Positions 1 to 8,790 of a DNA stretch of 64,000 bases are shown piece after piece. A program made the translations under genes and the position numbers. The DNA lies in assembly GCA_965204375.1 (NCBI GenBank), contig OZ241986.1:3840001-3904000 (forward strand). The letters are read 5' to 3'. The notes beneath the pieces are model-generated. The model saw nothing but the letters and a program-made list of their open reading frames with translations, had not been told where the DNA came from and searched no databases. This stretch comes from Candidatus Latescibacterota bacterium (GTDB lineage Bacteria; Latescibacterota; UBA2968). The first letter of the stretch is position 1. Every line of letters starts with the position of its first letter.

Positions 1-122
1 ATTCGCCTGCCGACCATCCAGTAGGCTTCAACCATGGCATAATTGACTGCGGAATAGGCTTGTTTTCGGGCATTCTGTAGAATCTGCCGAATATCTTCAT
101 AAAACGTAGTTGGCTTGTTCAT
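1..122 (-). CDS. YhcG/DUF1016-family PD-(D/E)XK nuclease, N-terminus only (runs off the window)
   Basis: Not in the ORF track. Minus-strand translation from ATG at 122 gives MNKPTTFYEDIRQILQNARKQAYSAVNYAMVEAYWMVGRR, a typical DUF1016 N-terminus. GGAGAGG RBS lies upstream. Confidence 0.8.
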   Translation of the reverse strand, partial: MNKPTTFYEDIRQILQNARKQAYSAVNYAMVEAYWMVGRR

Positions 123-136
123 CGTATCAGCACCTC

Positions 137-159
137 TCCAAGTTGGGCAAGCAATTCAT
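137..159. repeat. 23-bp direct repeat, copy 1 (duplicate of the hsdM 3' end)
   Basis: TCCAAGTTGGGCAAGCAATTCAT is identical to 4845-4867. Confidence 0.9.
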
Positions 160-182
160 TGCGCTTATCCCGCCAATCCCTT

Positions 183-222
183 ATCCTGTTCATCCTTTCA
201 TCTTGCTCATCCTGATTCAGAC
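183..222. repeat. 40-bp ATCCTG-type REP-like intergenic repeat
   Basis: ATCCTGTTCATCCTTTCATCTTGCTCATCCTGATTCAGAC. Related copies at 8733, 10481 and, inverted, at 10404. Confidence 0.75.
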
Positions 223-1023
223 GGTTTTTGATGTAAACGCTTCTTTCAAAACTGCCTGGAGGAGGTTGTCGGCGTTTGTACGAGAGTACTTGATTTCGGT
301 CTCAAGTTGACGGCATAAATTCATGAGTGCTTCGACTCGCTCAACGATGGCGACTTGCTCGTCGAGGGGAGGAACGGGAACTAATTTATATCTGATGTCT
401 TCTCTGCTGATTCCTGGGATTTGTCCTTCTTTTGCATCTTGTAGAGAGTGATACTCGGATGCTAAAAAATTCCAAACATAGTCCCAATTCAGAATAATTC
501 TTCGCACGGCCATCAATTGTCGTCCAATAGCAACTCTGTCATCTATGAGTGAGTTTATTTTTCCAACACCAGAGCCTTTAACAGTCACCAAAATGTCGCC
601 AGCATTTGCACATACTTTGGGGTTTGTAGTCCATCTACTGTATATGGGATGCATATCCCCAAAGTCAGAGGGTCCAGTTAAATATGGAATTCCCTTTCCA
701 TTTGCGTTGTAGTCGGCAACTACGATATGCTGTCCAGAAATTAGCGCAATCACTTCTCCAAATCGACACCATTCCCAGCTATCGGGAATCTCAAATGGAA
801 TTTCTTCGGGCGTGATGGAGGGTAGTGGTTTTTCTCTCCGTATCTTCTTCTCGACGATGAGCCGTTGCTTCTCCTTTTGGATACGCTCCAAAAGCTGGCT
901 TGCGGGTTCGACATCGGGGTTTTCTTTACGCCAATCCGTCGTCAGCTTGCCTTGAATCGCTTCTTGTAAAATTGTCTGCTTGAGTTTACCCAGCAGAGCT
1001 TCTTGGTGGGATATCTCTCTTAG

Positions 1024-2744
1024 CCCGACTAATTCATGAAAGTTTTTGAATAGTCTATTTATGTCATCATTTCGATGTTGTAAGCCCTCTGTCCGTGTTT
1101 TTCTGTTTTTGTTGCTCCCGATTGTGTTTTTACCGGGTTCTGACAGGTCAATGTCATTGGTAGAGCGTGCCTGTGGTAGTCAAAAAGGGCAGAGGTTCCC
1201 CCTTGCCCTTGCCTGCCGAGTCTTTGCCCAGCACAAGGCGGTGTGCGCCAGTGATGTTGTCTGCCTTCTGCTTGCCATCTCTGCCCTCCTGCGTTTTGGG
1301 TTAAGGTCCTGCCCTTTTCAGATTGTGTAGGATTTTATGATACAGATGTTGCAAAGGATAGGACACAGGCAGATGGAAGGTGATCCTTGTTTTCAACTCA
1401 CAGACGCGTCCTGCGACTTTGAGGAAGCGATTTTGAATGGTATTGACCTGCGCGTTTATCCACCTTGTGCCATTGAATCCTATTTGCGCCAATGTCTGTA
1501 TCAAGACATAGGCGGCAGAATGGAGAAAGAGGCGGAACTGATTGGCAGTAAAGCTGTGACAGGATGTGCGGTCAGAGTGGAGAAAGGTTTTGTGATTTTT
1601 AATGAAGTTTTCCATCTGTCCGCGCGCACAATAGACGCTTTGATAGATAAAGGACGCCATTGAACTTTTCAGGTTGGTCACGACAAAGCGTGTGTTTTGG
1701 CCTCGGTCACTGATTTCGACCTTGCATACGATGCGTTGTGCCTTGTTCCAACTCTTTGCCTGATAGGAAAACGAGGTAAAAAGACGCACGGCCTCCTTTG
1801 TATGTGCATAAAGCCTTTTGGCCTGCGCGATAAGGGGTTGTGCCGCCTCACAAAGCTTGGCATTGCTGGTCTGTCCTAAGATAAAATACAGGTCATCAGT
1901 CTCACAAAGGTGATGGACTTGCGGACAAGAAAAGTGGGCATCACCCCGCAAGATGATCGCCACATCAGGCCAAGCCTGACGCAGATAGGCCACCAAACGC
2001 TTGATAATGGCGACTATCTGTTGGCCGGTCGGACGGATACCGGGACGCAATATCGTAGTGATCAACTTACCGGTTTGTCCCTCATAAATATGCAAGGGCT
2101 GATAGGTGTAGGCATTGTAATAGCCATTGAATAGGGACAACTGCTGGGTCCCATAAACCGTATCCTGTGTATCATCAATATCTAAGATGATCGCCTCGGG
2201 CGGCTTTTTATACGAAGCGATAAAACAATCGAGGAAGGCACGGGCAATCCGATACAAGTCGCTTCGCCTGATCTGGTTCTCAAACCGGCTCATCGTGGGT
2301 TGACTGCCCAAGTCTTTACCTGAAAGCGGCAAGACACCACAGGCGGCCTTGATACCCGGATCGCTGCGTAAGGCATCACAATCATTGCCATCTTCATACC
2401 CACAGGCTATCTGGAACACCCGTTGCTTGACCAACTCTGCGACGGAGTGCCTCACATAACTCTTATGCCGACGATCCCTGATCGCAGCACTCATGCGTGT
2501 TAAAATGCCAGATTTTGCCTCTACTTCTCGAAGCAATAACGCGCCGCTATCGCTGGTGAGAATGCCCCCATCAAAGGCGAGGTCAAGCCGTTTGCCGAAA
2601 ATGCTTGCCAAAGGAACCTTGCGATGTTTATCTTGTGACCCCATGGTAGTTTCCTCCAAGTCTATTGTTTAATGGTTATGGTGATAACCTATAATAATAC
2701 AATGACTTGAATAAGGAAACTACCTTTTTTATGAATTTTTCAGG
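1024..2744 (-). mobile_element. IS1380-family insertion sequence (1721 bp)
   Basis: Imperfect terminal IRs CCCGACTAATTCATGA / CCTGAAAAATTCATAA (12/16 match). 4-bp target duplication TTAG at 1020-1023 and 2745-2748. Confidence 0.92.
1301..2644 (-). CDS. IS1380-family DDE transposase
   Basis: Motifs FDGGILTSDSG, GYEDGND, LDIDDT, RGDAHF and YCARGQMENFIK. ATG at 2644 with a GGAGGA RBS. Confidence 0.93.
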   Translation of the reverse strand: MGSQDKHRKVPLASIFGKRLDLAFDGGILTSDSGALLLREVEAKSGILTRMSAAIRDRRHKSYVRHSVAELVKQRVFQIACGYEDGNDCDALRSDPGIKAACGVLPLSGKDLGSQPTMSRFENQIRRSDLYRIARAFLDCFIASYKKPPEAIILDIDDTQDTVYGTQQLSLFNGYYNAYTYQPLHIYEGQTGKLITTILRPGIRPTGQQIVAIIKRLVAYLRQAWPDVAIILRGDAHFSCPQVHHLCETDDLYFILGQTSNAKLCEAAQPLIAQAKRLYAHTKEAVRLFTSFSYQAKSWNKAQRIVCKVEISDRGQNTRFVVTNLKSSMASFIYQSVYCARGQMENFIKNHKTFLHSDRTSCHSFTANQFRLFLHSAAYVLIQTLAQIGFNGTRWINAQVNTIQNRFLKVAGRVCELKTRITFHLPVSYPLQHLYHKILHNLKRAGP

Positions 2745-3506
2745 TTAGAATCTTAGATTGCTCGGAACAGCAAGCGTCCATCCGAAAAATAAGTTTGTCC
2801 TGGATATGGAGAGGAGGAGATGGAATGTGGATGCCAAATAGTGCCGTTGGTTGAATGCGTTTCGTAGCGGCTCCTTTGGCGAGTGATACCAAGGTCTTAT
2901 AATAATCTCCCTGTTTGAAAAAGTATTCTATCCATTTTGGTCGAATATCTTCGGAAATATCAAAGGCTGGTAGATCTGAACTGCTTTCAAAGCCATCTAA
3001 TTCATCTGGAATAACACCAAATGCCCCTTTATGTAGATTCTGTTTGCCATAAACAAACTGACCTGAACTTCTAATATAATAACGAGTTACACCTTTTCTC
3101 TCTGCGACTATTGGCCTTTTTTCAACACCCTCTGCATTGAGCCGAACTCTTATGCGATGTCCGACAGAAGGATTTGTCGAAATGATCTTACTTTCCGACA
3201 AGAAATCGCCAATTGGTCTTGATTGCCATTTCATCATGAGTTTAATCCACCGTAACTATTCAGGTCATTTGAATGATTAACCACGAGCAGAGTACAAATG
3301 CCTGTCTGCGTGCAGGTTTTCCGCACAGGCAGGGCCGCCTCTCAAGCCAGTTCAAAATCACAAAAGGATGCTGTTTGAATTGATCACCACGAAAAACCGC
3401 TCACTGAATAAAAGCACTTCAGCACAGGCACTGAAGCTATGGCGAGCGGGTTTTTTTCGTGCAAATCTGAGGTGCGGATGCGTTGGTTATCTGAGGTTGG
3501 GCCGCG

Positions 3507-3815
3507 TCACGCATCGTCTAACAGGCGTTCAAATGCTTCGAGACTGGTGGCCTGAATTGCCGCACGGAGCAACTGCTTGAGGCGTTGCAAGTCGTCAATA
3601 TCGGCAATGCGAGTGGATAAAGGATGTGTCGCGGAGAGGCCAAATCGAATCGCCAATACGTCGAGAATATCTTCAATAGCGCGTTCTCTTTCTCCCTGTT
3701 CAATGCCCTGTTCAATGCCTTGTTCAATGCCTTGTTTAATCCATTGTTCCTTGTTTTCCTCTATCTCTTGCTCAATCAAGTATTGGGCAAAAGATGATTC
3801 GCGGATGAGATCCAT
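3507..3815 (-). CDS. Putative internally translated RpnS-like small protein (102 aa)
   Basis: In-frame ATG at 3815, preceded by AAGGAGG (3827-3821) with 5-nt spacing. Confidence 0.55.
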   Translation of the reverse strand: MDLIRESSFAQYLIEQEIEENKEQWIKQGIEQGIEQGIEQGERERAIEDILDVLAIRFGLSATHPLSTRIADIDDLQRLKQLLRAAIQATSLEAFERLLDDA

Positions 3816-4454
3816 CAACCCCTCCTTTGAAATAAGGTCAGCAATCATTTCTCGATCATGCACTAACCCACCCAACACAGACAAAGCAGTTAGAAAATCG
3901 CCTCTGGCAGATTCATCCAGCGGCAGGTCAGTCGCCCTGTCAACACACGCGCGAAACCACACATCAGAATCCACTCCCTCAGGCGGCTTCATCAATGATG
4001 CAAAGGGTACCAAGCCCACATGTCCCGTATCAAGGACACGCTGCCCTTCTACCTCTATCAGTCTGACCACTTTGTATTGGATAATGAACTGACAGCCAAA
4101 ACGCGCCTGGATGTGGTATCCCGGATCGTTCAGCCCTGCATCGGGACGCAAGTAAATGACAGCAGAATGGATGGGCAGATCATACTGCTCAATGGCGCGA
4201 CCGATGTACCCGGCCATACGACGCGGCATGGGCGGATTCGTGCTGTCGGCGGTTTGAAATTCGTAGTGAATCAATACTTCTTCTTCGCCTATTCGCGCAC
4301 TGATCAAGCTATCCGTTCGGTGTGCATCAATGTTGGGTTGCTCCGTGTCGAGAAGTGCGAGAAATTCAACATCATCCCTATCGAGTGTGAAGCATAAAAA
4401 ATCATGCGGATAGGTCTGGATGAGGCGTTTGGAAATGGTATCATACTTTCCCAT
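3507..4454 (-). CDS. Rpn/YhgA-like (transposase_31) PD-(D/E)XK nuclease family protein
   Basis: MGKYDTISKRLI...TDSL...HYEFQT...MPRRMAGY. C-terminal (EQGI)n repeats and LAIRFG...L.QLLRAAIQATSLEAF tail. Start moved to the ATG at 4454. Confidence 0.85.
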   Translation of the reverse strand: MGKYDTISKRLIQTYPHDFLCFTLDRDDVEFLALLDTEQPNIDAHRTDSLISARIGEEEVLIHYEFQTADSTNPPMPRRMAGYIGRAIEQYDLPIHSAVIYLRPDAGLNDPGYHIQARFGCQFIIQYKVVRLIEVEGQRVLDTGHVGLVPFASLMKPPEGVDSDVWFRACVDRATDLPLDESARGDFLTALSVLGGLVHDREMIADLISKEGLMDLIRESSFAQYLIEQEIEENKEQWIKQGIEQGIEQGIEQGERERAIEDILDVLAIRFGLSATHPLSTRIADIDDLQRLKQLLRAAIQATSLEAFERLLDDA

Positions 4455-4797
4455 ATTGGATGCCTCTGGTCTGAGGATGGGTTGTGTTGTGCGACACGCG
4501 GAACACTCAGACCACAAGCAAATATCGGGCCAAAAAACGCCATCATCGTAAAAATTAAGCCACATATTGCAAAAAAAATCTCAAGCACCTCATTCTGCCT
4601 AAAATATGCTGTATTACGCCCATGTTCACAACTTGAATATTAAGGATCACCCGTTAAAATAAATGCGGAGCAGAACAAATGTCGGATACAAAGGTGTACA
4701 TTTTGATTCATGAACAGACGGTATTGTGAAAGATATGTACGCCTTTCTGCCATGCAACCCAACGCAGATGGACGCTAGGAGGCGTTTCTATTACTCA

Positions 4798-4822
4798 ATT
4801 CTCTACACAGCGTGTAGAGAAT
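4798..4822 (-). terminator. Hairpin just downstream of hsdM
   Basis: ATTCTCTACAC-AGC-GTGTAGAGAAT forms a perfect 11-bp stem. No strong U-tract. Confidence 0.45.
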
Positions 4823-4826
4823 CTCT

Positions 4827-6263
4827 TCAGCTTTTTAATGTCTTTCCAAGTTGGGCAAGCAATTCATCTGATTTAGCAAACGACTGATGTAGCATATCGA
4901 TCAGTTCGGTGCTACTGTACTGTTTCTCCTCCTCCGGCTGATAGGGATTCTTCACATCCAGATCAAATCCTTCCTTCAAATCCTCAACCGCTACCCGATA
5001 GGCAACTTCATTCTCCTCGCGTTTATCCCACCAGTTTAGCATGGTCTCAAACTCGTGAAACTGAATGGGCTTGGTTTTTGAATAGCTCTTCTGGCCTTCG
5101 GGCAGGCGATGTTCGTAATACCAGATTTCCTTTGTAGGCGTACCTTTTTCAAAGAAGAGAAGATTGGTCGAAACAGTGGCGGGGTGAAAGGTCGATTGCG
5201 GCAGACGAACGATAGTGTGGAGATTACAGTCAGTCAGAAGTTTCTCTCGGATGCTGGCTTTATAGCCCTCTCCAGTGATACAACCGTCTGGCAAAACAAT
5301 AGCCGCACGTCCACCGGGCTTGAGGAGTTGAATCATCAAAATCACAAAGAGATCAGCGGATTCCCGGCAGCGAAAAGCTTGTGGAAAATTCGTCTCTACG
5401 CCTTCTGCGATGCCAGCACCAAAAGGCGGATTCGCCAAAATAACATCCACTTGCTGGCGCGGGCCAATGCTGTTGTATTCCGTCTTGAGGCTATCGGTAT
5501 AATGCCAGTCGGGTACTTCCATACCGTGCAAAATCAAATTGGTGAGACCGAGCACGTAGGCAACGGGCTTGTATTCCCAGCCAGTGATGGATTTTTGCAG
5601 TATTGCTTCATCTTCAAGGGTTTTGACTTCCTGTTCCCGTACATAGTCGATAGCAGCAGTGAGAAAGCCCCCTGTCCCAGCGGCAGGGTCGAGCACCTTT
5701 TCGTCAAGACGCGGGTTGGTTTGCTGTGTCATCAGTTGGGTAATGGCACGGGGCGTATAGAACTCTCCCTTATTACCCGCATCCCGCAACTCAATGAGGA
5801 TGCTTTCGTAAATCGTGCCAAAAATTTGACGGTCTTCCGAGTTGTTGAAATCGAAGCCATTGAGCTGGTTGATAACCTGGCGCATGGCATAGCCAGACTT
5901 CATGTAATTGTTTGAACCGTCGAAAACCTCGCGCACGAGCGCGGCGCGTTCGGAAGCAGTAATAGACTGGAGATTCTTGAGCGTCACAAAAAGGCCATCA
6001 TTGGGGTCGTCAATAAAGGCGAGCAACTCATCGCCAGTGATACCTTCGGGATCCACCGCCCAATTGCGCCACTGAAAAGGCTCCGGGATCACGGAGGTAT
6101 AATTTTCGCGGATGATTTCCAATTCCTGGTCTTTTTCGTCCAAAATCTTGAGAAAAAGCATCCATCCGAGCTGTTCGAGGCGTTGGGCATCACCTGAAAT
6201 TCCTTGATCTTCATTCCGCATGATATTGCGGACGTTTTTAATGATTGCGGAAATATTAGCCAT
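4827..6263 (-). CDS. hsdM: Type I RM N6-adenine methyltransferase
   Basis: GEFYTPR, DPAAGTGGFL (motif I) and ANPPFG (motif IV). Confidence 0.95.
   Translation of the reverse strand: MANISAIIKNVRNIMRNEDQGISGDAQRLEQLGWMLFLKILDEKDQELEIIRENYTSVIPEPFQWRNWAVDPEGITGDELLAFIDDPNDGLFVTLKNLQSITASERAALVREVFDGSNNYMKSGYAMRQVINQLNGFDFNNSEDRQIFGTIYESILIELRDAGNKGEFYTPRAITQLMTQQTNPRLDEKVLDPAAGTGGFLTAAIDYVREQEVKTLEDEAILQKSITGWEYKPVAYVLGLTNLILHGMEVPDWHYTDSLKTEYNSIGPRQQVDVILANPPFGAGIAEGVETNFPQAFRCRESADLFVILMIQLLKPGGRAAIVLPDGCITGEGYKASIREKLLTDCNLHTIVRLPQSTFHPATVSTNLLFFEKGTPTKEIWYYEHRLPEGQKSYSKTKPIQFHEFETMLNWWDKREENEVAYRVAVEDLKEGFDLDVKNPYQPEEEKQYSSTELIDMLHQSFAKSDELLAQLGKTLKS
4845..4867. repeat. 23-bp direct repeat, copy 2 (within the hsdM 3' end)
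   Basis: Identical to 137-159. Confidence 0.9.
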
Positions 6264-6276
6264 ACAGTGTTAGTCC

Positions 6277-8652
6277 TTATGCTGCGTGATAGAGCGCGTC
6301 GGTAAGTTCGCGGACAGCAGCGGCGTAACCCTCTCTGCCACCAAAGGCGCGAATGATCTCGGGTGCGGTACCGAGTCGCTTGATCGGATCAAGGGTGATA
6401 ATAGCGGGATTCTCCAAATCGGCGAAACCATCGTCCGAGTATTTGTCCAGAAGCGCATGAACGACCTTGCGGGCGAGTTCACCATATTTTGCAAAATAAT
6501 CGCGTTTCTTTACGTTGTCCGCGCGTTCTCTACGAGTCAGGGGTTTCTGGTCATAAGCAACATGACAGATTAAATCGAACGGATCGAAGCGCGGGCCTAC
6601 CACATCCCTCAGCGCATTAAAAATAACACCCTGTTTTTCCAACTCTTCGACAATCGCACGTTTCTTGTCGGCTCGCTTCCAGGAGTTCAGGAACGCATCG
6701 AGTGTGGCGTAGTTCTTTTGCACATTGCGGCGGGTATAGTCGCGCAAGTTCTCAGTGATAATTTTGCCGTCTTCACCCATGTATTGAACGCGCTCATTGA
6801 GAATGGTGACTCTGATACCATTGACTGTGACCTTCAGTGCCGGCCCGTAGTCTTCCGAGTCATCTTTGAAAAACGTATCTGCTGAGGAAAAAATAACTTC
6901 CTCACCCGTCAACTCATCAATCACAGGTTCTTCGTCCGTATCTTCCTCTACTCTGGAAATGTCTTCGTTTTGCAACGCCTCTTTGACGCGGACGGGATCA
7001 CCGTCAAACTCAGGATCGGCAAACAAAGCCGTTACATTGCGGAAATCCATGATCGTGAAGTAGTGCTTCCCAAAGTCCTCGTTGATGCGCGTACCGCGTC
7101 CAATAATCTGCTTGAACTCCGTCATCGAACCAATATTGGAATCCAGAACGATCAGTTTGCAAGTCTGTGCATCAATACCTGTGGTCATCAGCTTGGAAGT
7201 CGTAGCAATAACCGGGTATAGATCGTTGGGGTTAATAAACGCATCCAGGTGGCGTTTGCCCTCCTCATTATCTCCCGTAATCTGCATGATGTATCGGCTA
7301 TTTGAAGCCACAAGATCAGCATTGGCATTCACGAGTTCTCGCCGCATACCTTCGGCGTGTTCGATATCTACACAAAATACAATGGTCTTTGCATAGCGAT
7401 CGCTACCCTTGAGAAACTCGGTAATTTTTTCAGCCACCAGCTTTCTGCGATCCTCAACAATGATGTTTTTGTCGAAATCCTTCACATTGTAGATGCGATC
7501 CTCAACAAAATTCCCATCCTTATCTTTGAAGCCTTTAGGGGGACGCCACCCTTCGGCATCAATATCGAGCGTAACTTTGAGTACCTTATAAGGCGCGAGA
7601 AAACCGTCGTCAATACCCTGCCTGAGTGAGTAAGTGTAAATCGGATCGCCGAAGTATTCGGAACTCGATACCTCTGTGGTCTCTTTAGGCGTTGCCGTGA
7701 GGCCGATATGTGTTGCCCCGTTGAAATACTCGAGAATTTCACGCCACTTGCTGTCTTCGCGAGCACTGCCCCGGTGACACTCATCCACGACAACGAGATC
7801 AAAAAACCCGCGGCTAAATTGTTTATAGGCATCTTCGGATTTGCTGTCCGAAAGCCCCTGATAGAGCGCGAGGTAAATATTGTAGGCCGTATCGATATTC
7901 TTGTGTCTGACGACGGTCATCGCCTCCTTGAAGGGACGAAAATCGCCACGTACCGTTTGATCGATCAAAGCCGTGCGGTCAGCGAGCAACAAGACGCGCT
8001 TCTTGACACCGCTTTTCCAAAGGCGATAGATAATTTGGAACGCGGTATAAGTTTTCCCCGTGCCGGTAGCCATCACCAGAAGCACCCGCTTATCGCCTTG
8101 TGCGATTGCCTCAACAGTCCGGTTGATTGCTATTTGCTGATAATAGCGTGGAGAATGCCCGCTTCCATCCGTAAAATAATTTTGCGCGACAACGGGTTCA
8201 ATTTCCTCAGCGATGCCTCTATACGCTTTGTATTTGGCCCATAGAGTTTCGGGCGAAGGGAATGAATCGAGAGACAACTCAGATTCGAGATTGCCACTTG
8301 TCAGGGTTTTATCGTGAAAAACAAAACCATCGCCGTTGCTGCTAAACACAAAGGGAATGTCCAGAGTTGCAGCGTAGCCAAGTGCCTGCTGCATACCCGC
8401 GCCCACAGTGTGCTTGTTGTCCTTTGCCTCAATGACAGCGATGGGTATGTTCGGTTTGTAGTAGAGAATGTAATCGGCACGTTTCTTCTCACCCCGCGTA
8501 TGCAATTTACCCCGCACGTAAATCCGTCCATCCGTAAACGTGACCTCTTCCCGCACTTGTTCAAGGTCCCATCCAGCCCGATCTAAAGCCGGCGAGATGT
8601 ACTTCGTGCGGATGTCTTGTTCGGTGAGGGCTTTTTTGTTCATTGTTACCAT
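6277..8652 (-). CDS. hsdR: Type I restriction subunit R (EcoAI/EcoEI-like)
   Basis: ADYILY..IEAK nuclease motif, ATGTGKT, DECHRG, LTATP, QIIGRGTR and an EcoEI-R-like C-terminus. Confidence 0.95.
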   Translation of the reverse strand: MVTMNKKALTEQDIRTKYISPALDRAGWDLEQVREEVTFTDGRIYVRGKLHTRGEKKRADYILYYKPNIPIAVIEAKDNKHTVGAGMQQALGYAATLDIPFVFSSNGDGFVFHDKTLTSGNLESELSLDSFPSPETLWAKYKAYRGIAEEIEPVVAQNYFTDGSGHSPRYYQQIAINRTVEAIAQGDKRVLLVMATGTGKTYTAFQIIYRLWKSGVKKRVLLLADRTALIDQTVRGDFRPFKEAMTVVRHKNIDTAYNIYLALYQGLSDSKSEDAYKQFSRGFFDLVVVDECHRGSAREDSKWREILEYFNGATHIGLTATPKETTEVSSSEYFGDPIYTYSLRQGIDDGFLAPYKVLKVTLDIDAEGWRPPKGFKDKDGNFVEDRIYNVKDFDKNIIVEDRRKLVAEKITEFLKGSDRYAKTIVFCVDIEHAEGMRRELVNANADLVASNSRYIMQITGDNEEGKRHLDAFINPNDLYPVIATTSKLMTTGIDAQTCKLIVLDSNIGSMTEFKQIIGRGTRINEDFGKHYFTIMDFRNVTALFADPEFDGDPVRVKEALQNEDISRVEEDTDEEPVIDELTGEEVIFSSADTFFKDDSEDYGPALKVTVNGIRVTILNERVQYMGEDGKIITENLRDYTRRNVQKNYATLDAFLNSWKRADKKRAIVEELEKQGVIFNALRDVVGPRFDPFDLICHVAYDQKPLTRRERADNVKKRDYFAKYGELARKVVHALLDKYSDDGFADLENPAIITLDPIKRLGTAPEIIRAFGGREGYAAAVRELTDALYHAA

Positions 8653-8732
8653 CTCTTGTTTTCCACACTACCCACATCACCCCAATTGCGAATCTGACCA
8701 CCTTCCCATCCTGATTATACCGTCAAACCTCC

Positions 8733-8772
8733 ATCCTGTTCATCCTCCCATCCTGCCTATCCTGATCCAGAC
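8733..8772. repeat. ATCCTG-type REP-like repeat
   Basis: ATCCTGTTCATCCTCCCATCCTGCCTATCCTGATCCAGAC. Confidence 0.75.
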
Positions 8773-8790
8773 AGTTTCTTCCTCATCCCG

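Larger units (their letters stand above)
217..3237 (-). pseudogene. hsdS: Type I RM specificity subunit HsdS interrupted by an IS1380-family element
   Basis: Removing 1024-2744 plus one TTAG copy rejoins 3237-2745 to 1019-217 in frame (1296 nt, 431 aa): ...EQSKIL-REISHQEALLGKLKQTILQEAIQGKLT...PFEIPDSWEW...PVPPLDEQ... Confidence 0.92.

Noticed and set aside
3299-3333. Hairpin TGCCTGT..GCG...CGCACAGGCA between rpn and hsdS
   Set aside because: Single imperfect hairpin without a U-tract; function cannot be supported.
3694-3737. 12-bp tandem repeat in rpn
   Set aside because: Encodes the ordinary EQGI repeats of Rpn proteins.
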